Positions 60,258 to 64,000 of a DNA stretch of 64,000 bases are shown in pieces. The stretch is from a virus: positions 1-64,000 of the IMG/VR virus record IMGVR_UViG_3300027302_000005. One strand, given 5' to 3'. Within the stretch, counting starts at the first letter, position 1. Each line of letters begins with the position of its first letter. The notes under the pieces were generated by a model. That model was not told the DNA's origin, did not search any database, and saw only the letters and a list, made by a program, of their open reading frames with translations. The position numbers were made by a program, and so were the translations under genes.

Positions 60258-60292
60258 AAAACCAGTGCAATCGGCCACTATGCGAAGACAGC
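60258..60292 (-). tRNA. 5' half of a split tRNA: GCTGTCT-TC-GCATAGTGGCCGATTGC-A-CTGGT-TTT
   Basis: Acceptor strand, D-arm with GG, anticodon stem CTGG pairs with CCAG of the 3' half. Confidence 0.9.
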
Positions 60293-60299
60293 GAAATAC

Positions 60300-60800
60300 C
60301 CCAGTCTTATCGGCGACGAGGTGGTGCCACGATTCAAGACCGTAGGTAATGAATCAACAAATAAAAAACCCCAACGTAAGCCTACGCCAAGAGGGAGGGG
60401 CCATCTATCTTAAAATAAAGTGTGCTGCGCTCAACCGTTGCTTCCAGCGGTTCCATGTCAATTGCTACAATCGGTGTAGCCCACGCAGCAAAGAGAGAAT
60501 GAGAGCTGCGACCGGGAAACACCCAATCCATATACACCTCTCATTATATACAAGCCATTTAATTATTTAATTAAAATAATTGTATTCGTATGGCTTGGCC
60601 TGAATACTCGGAGTTTAGACAGGTCTTGCTAGGCTTCCCACTTCCCGTTACCTTTGATTAAAGTGAGTTCGGCTTCTCACTAGGAATTTGTTGCACGGCG
60701 GTAGTCAGCATCCTCGCGCTGATACACTACAAGAGTGTTCTGGCGACTTTCCCAACTACAGTCCGGCAACAAGCAGCACCACAACCTTCCGTGAATGTTA
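60300..60800 (-). ncRNA. structured non-coding region upstream of the split tRNA (unassigned)
   Basis: No convincing ORF; several nested stems; lies between the promoter at 60834-60861 and the tRNA. Confidence 0.4.
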
Positions 60801-60833
60801 TATTGTAACACAAAAGATGCTGCCTACAAGACA

Positions 60834-60861
60834 GTTATAACATACTGTTCCAGTTTGTCAA
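60834..60861 (-). promoter_or_regulatory. sigma70 promoter TTGACA-N16-TATAAC with extended TG
   Basis: Read directly. Confidence 0.55.
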
Positions 60862-60865
60862 CCCC

Positions 60866-61069
60866 TTATTCACTATACTTTGTAAATTTATTTCCAAAGC
60901 AAGCCAAAGGTTCTGTTAGATGTTCCAATTGGTACTCATGCCAATCCTTCGGATGGAAAGAAGCTGTACGACAAGTAGAACACATATCTTCAGGTGTTCC
61001 ATCAGGCAGCTTTCTGGCCAATTCAGCCGGGAATAGTTTGTTATCACAACAGACACATCGTCCTGACAT
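60866..61069 (-). CDS. small Zn-ribbon protein
   Basis: GRCVCCD...EDMCSTC; GGAG RBS. Confidence 0.7.
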   Translation of the reverse strand: MSGRCVCCDNKLFPAELARKLPDGTPEDMCSTCRTASFHPKDWHEYQLEHLTEPLACFGNKFTKYSE

Positions 61070-61072
61070 AAT

Positions 61073-61378
61073 TTATTTCTCCAATTTATTATTGTTGTTT
61101 TTAGACATATCGCTGTATGTCTTAACGATTTGTTCCAAGCTTCCGCTGTATTGCAATAGCTGTTCTATCGTAACACGATAGGCTACAACAACATCTCCAT
61201 CACTGCTATCTTTCCCAATCTTGCTTATTTCCAGAACTGGTCTAGAAACCAATGGTGGAGAAGGGATAGCTGTAGCAACATATACTGGCTTGCATGTAGA
61301 GCAAGCTGAAACAGTTCCGGCAAAGAACACAACACCGAGAAGAGGTTTGAAACTCCGTTTAAAACAATTTCCATTCAT
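61073..61378 (-). CDS. o-spanin (Rz1-like lipoprotein)
   Basis: Lipobox VSAC, Pro-rich; directly follows the i-spanin. Confidence 0.75.
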   Translation of the reverse strand: MNGNCFKRSFKPLLGVVFFAGTVSACSTCKPVYVATAIPSPPLVSRPVLEISKIGKDSSDGDVVVAYRVTIEQLLQYSGSLEQIVKTYSDMSKNNNNKLEK

Positions 61379-61385
61379 ATCTTCC

Positions 61386-61739
61386 TCATTTCCAATCTGC
61401 TGTAGCAGCATTGTCTTTCAAATACGTCATAGCTTCAACACAAGAAGAAGGTTTCTTTACAGACAACATCTTCTTCACAACAACAGAATTATTCTTTTGT
61501 TGCTGTTCCAGTTGTGTGTTTAATGCTTCCATTTGCTTTTCATTCTGTTCTGTCCTAGAAGCTATGCTTTGAAGCACGATTCTTTGCTGTTCAGCATTAG
61601 CTCTTGATATAACAAGCTCACCTTCCAGCTTCAGGCTATGCCTATGTACTACCCAACCATAAGCTAGTGACGAACACAATAGGGCTATGTAACAAATACG
61701 AATCCAACCAATCTTCTTAATCAGTTCTAGCCACAACAT
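61386..61739 (-). CDS. i-spanin (Rz-like)
   Basis: N-terminal TM, coiled coil, C-terminal Cys. Confidence 0.75.
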   Translation of the reverse strand: MLWLELIKKIGWIRICYIALLCSSLAYGWVVHRHSLKLEGELVISRANAEQQRIVLQSIASRTEQNEKQMEALNTQLEQQQKNNSVVVKKMLSVKKPSSCVEAMTYLKDNAATADWK

Positions 61740-62100
61740 ACCCCACCTCACTGAACACCTTCTCAAACACATCCCATCTGTTGTACATTTCGTCCTGTGT
61801 TTTCAACACAAACATACAAACATACTTATCATCAATGTACAACAAGATTTTCTCTACGAAGTCCCATAGACAGTCGCTGCTGCCACGAATGATTTCAATT
61901 CGTGCTTTGTTGTGTTTGATACGAAGTTTAAACAACACAGACTGTATGGCATCGGAGAGTATTCCGTTCCATTCAGTGTAGCATTCTGGAAACAACAAGT
62001 TCTTCCCTTCTTTCCAGACAATGTGTTCCTTTGTCTTGTTGTTTGTTTTTACACACAACACAATCTTATCTTCTTGTACACTGTAAGAAAGAGTTTTCAT
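61717..62100 (-). CDS. hypothetical protein
   Basis: AGGTG RBS; promoter TTGACA-N17-TACATT at about 62131-62159. Confidence 0.65.
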   Translation of the reverse strand: MKTLSYSVQEDKIVLCVKTNNKTKEHIVWKEGKNLLFPECYTEWNGILSDAIQSVLFKLRIKHNKARIEIIRGSSDCLWDFVEKILLYIDDKYVCMFVLKTQDEMYNRWDVFEKVFSEVGYVVARTD

Positions 62101-62516
62101 TTACTTCACCTATAAGTAGTATCTAAACGGAATGTAACATCCCTTTTGCTATCTGTCAATAGCTTATTTTTATACAAACACAAATTTCTATAACTTTAAT
62201 TTCTTTATTAAAATAATTATACTAAACAACTAAAAGCAAAGGCGGGCTTGGTTGGCTGAAAAGCCAAACAAAACGCCCTACTCTAGTCATACCTTTAGTA
62301 GCATCTCTAATTCTACACTTATAGCAACATTGTGTTGACTTTGGTGCGGTGTGGTGTACAATTTGAGCATGAAGGGTAGATTGTTGCTACCTGTTGTGGA
62401 TTGTCATGCGACATATGCTATCTCAAGAATATGAAAAAGTTCAACAAATTCAGCGTGTTAAAAACGGTTTGTTAGATAACATATCCTTCCAACACGCTAT
62501 TAACTAGAGGTAAAAA

Positions 62517-63818
62517 ATGACTAACAAAGTAGAGATTTTAGATGCAATCATGTCTTCTGGTAAGACTACTGCTATCTTGAACTGGTTTGATAACAACCTA
62601 AACCAAAGGTACATCTACGTAACACCACTGCTGTCGGAAGCTGAAGGAAGAATTGCTGATACAGAGTATGGTTGTAAGTATGCTAAGTTCTACAGTCCTG
62701 AACATGCTACAACAACCTATTTCGATGAAGATGGTGTTGAACGTATAATCAGTGGGAAAGGTGTAGACTTCCTGAGACTGCTAAAGGAAGGAAAGAATGT
62801 AAGCTGTACACATGCTTTGTTCTCAGAGATGACAAAGCACCATCTTGACTGGATTAAGTCACAGAAGTACATTGTTGTACTGGACGAAGAGCTAGATGTA
62901 ATCTCTGGTCTTGATGGATTCACTAAGACAGACAAAGAGTTCCTGCTTGACAACAACACAATCTCTATTGATGAAGAGAATGGTAAGGTTAGTTGGATAA
63001 AGCAAGTACCTAACAATGGATTCAAGTATGGGAAGTTCAAATGGTTGTGTGATGAGGGGATGTTGTATGCAGCCAAACGTTCACAACACATGATGGTGGT
63101 GCAGCTTCCGATTGAACTGATTGCTGCCGCTGAACGGTTCATTGTCCTAAGTTATTTGTTCAAGGGGAGTGTATTTGATAAGTTCCTACAACTTCACAAG
63201 ATTGATACAGCAGATTTCACTGATGTTGTTGTGGATAGTAGGGGCGTGAAGGAACGGATTGCTTCACTGATTGAAATTGTTGGGTTTGAACACACAAGTA
63301 AGTTCCGAACTGGCTCTTTGTCATACAATTGGTATGATGAGTCTAATAATAAGTTGAAACCGATTGAGAATGCTATTACTGGCCTTGGTAGAAGTTTAGG
63401 AATGAAAGCAGAAGATGTGATGTACACATTCCCTAAGACTTATGCCTATCCTTCAAGAAGCAATAGTAGAAAGATTTCAGCTAAAGGCTACAAGCCAGAG
63501 AGCATTATCAAAGGAGTGAGAGATGAATACGGTAACACTGTAATCAATAAGTGTTGGGTGGATTGCTCTTGTCGTGCAACCAATGAGCTTGCCAACAAGA
63601 AGTTGCTTGTACACTGCCTGAACCGCTATCCTAATGCTGTTGTGCAGGCTTTCTTGCAAGACTATGGATATGGTATTGACGAAGACAACTTTGCTTTGTC
63701 AGAGATGTTGCAGTGGATGTTCCGTGGATGCGTACGCAAAGGTGAGAAAATGTATGTTTGCATTCTCAGTAAACGTATGCTAGGATTGTACAATAAATGG
63801 CTGGAGAGTATTAAATGA
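62517..63818 (+). CDS. SF2 (DEAD-like) helicase-family protein
   Basis: Walker A DAIMSSGKT, YVTPLLSE, THALF, Walker B LDEE, QWMFRGCVR. Confidence 0.8.
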   Translation: MTNKVEILDAIMSSGKTTAILNWFDNNLNQRYIYVTPLLSEAEGRIADTEYGCKYAKFYSPEHATTTYFDEDGVERIISGKGVDFLRLLKEGKNVSCTHALFSEMTKHHLDWIKSQKYIVVLDEELDVISGLDGFTKTDKEFLLDNNTISIDEENGKVSWIKQVPNNGFKYGKFKWLCDEGMLYAAKRSQHMMVVQLPIELIAAAERFIVLSYLFKGSVFDKFLQLHKIDTADFTDVVVDSRGVKERIASLIEIVGFEHTSKFRTGSLSYNWYDESNNKLKPIENAITGLGRSLGMKAEDVMYTFPKTYAYPSRSNSRKISAKGYKPESIIKGVRDEYGNTVINKCWVDCSCRATNELANKKLLVHCLNRYPNAVVQAFLQDYGYGIDEDNFALSEMLQWMFRGCVRKGEKMYVCILSKRMLGLYNKWLESIK

Positions 63819-64000
63819 GTAGCATCAAACAACGCACCAAAGCAAAACGTATGCGAATGTGGGGATGGCGTCAGTTGTACACGATCAACCCATATGACAT
63901 GGGTAGAGATTTTCGTACATTTGTTGGGTATACAAATGGTTGGCATGACACAGAAGGGTGGGGGTATTAAATGAATACTTGTAAAAACTGTAAGTTCTTT

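Noticed and set aside
59792-60292. tRNA-Tyr(GUA) assignment for the split tRNA
   Set aside because: The variable arm looks Tyr-like, but a GUA join leaves the anticodon arm one base short. UGU or GGU joins give a canonical 7-nt loop.

Overview
This window is most of a tailed dsDNA phage genome with a contractile tail (myovirus). Gene order resembles Pakpunavirus/Felixounavirus-type lytic phages, and no integrase was seen. (1) 1-3300: a minus-strand cassette of small pre-early genes. It has strong sigma70 promoters that share a TTGCTAT(C/A)AA motif and is bracketed by a 19-bp direct repeat. (2) About 3870-4600: an AT-rich tract, four palindromic 15-bp repeats, and RHH and winged-HTH genes, together a candidate replication origin. 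(3) 4600-31000, plus strand: early and replication genes, including a DNA methyltransferase, primase-helicase, family A polymerase, SSB, gp5.9-like RecBCD inhibitor, exonucleases, HNH, MazG-like protein, ThyX, NrdA and NrdB. (4) 31100-62100, minus strand: the late module (lysis, tail fibres, baseplate, tape measure, tube and sheath, capsid, portal, terminase, spanins). (5) From 62517: an SF2-like helicase. The main items missed by the ORF track are these. A tRNA gene is split in its anticodon loop by a bare HNH endonuclease gene with no ribozyme core. An ORF-less 275-nt group I intron splits the terminase Walker A motif. Hairpins matching the CsrA/RsmA consensus (CA-AGGA-UG) recur at gene junctions. 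The primase domain looks degenerate, and a transglutaminase-like protease appears split into two genes in reversed order. All functional calls come from recognising motifs by eye; no database searches were run.
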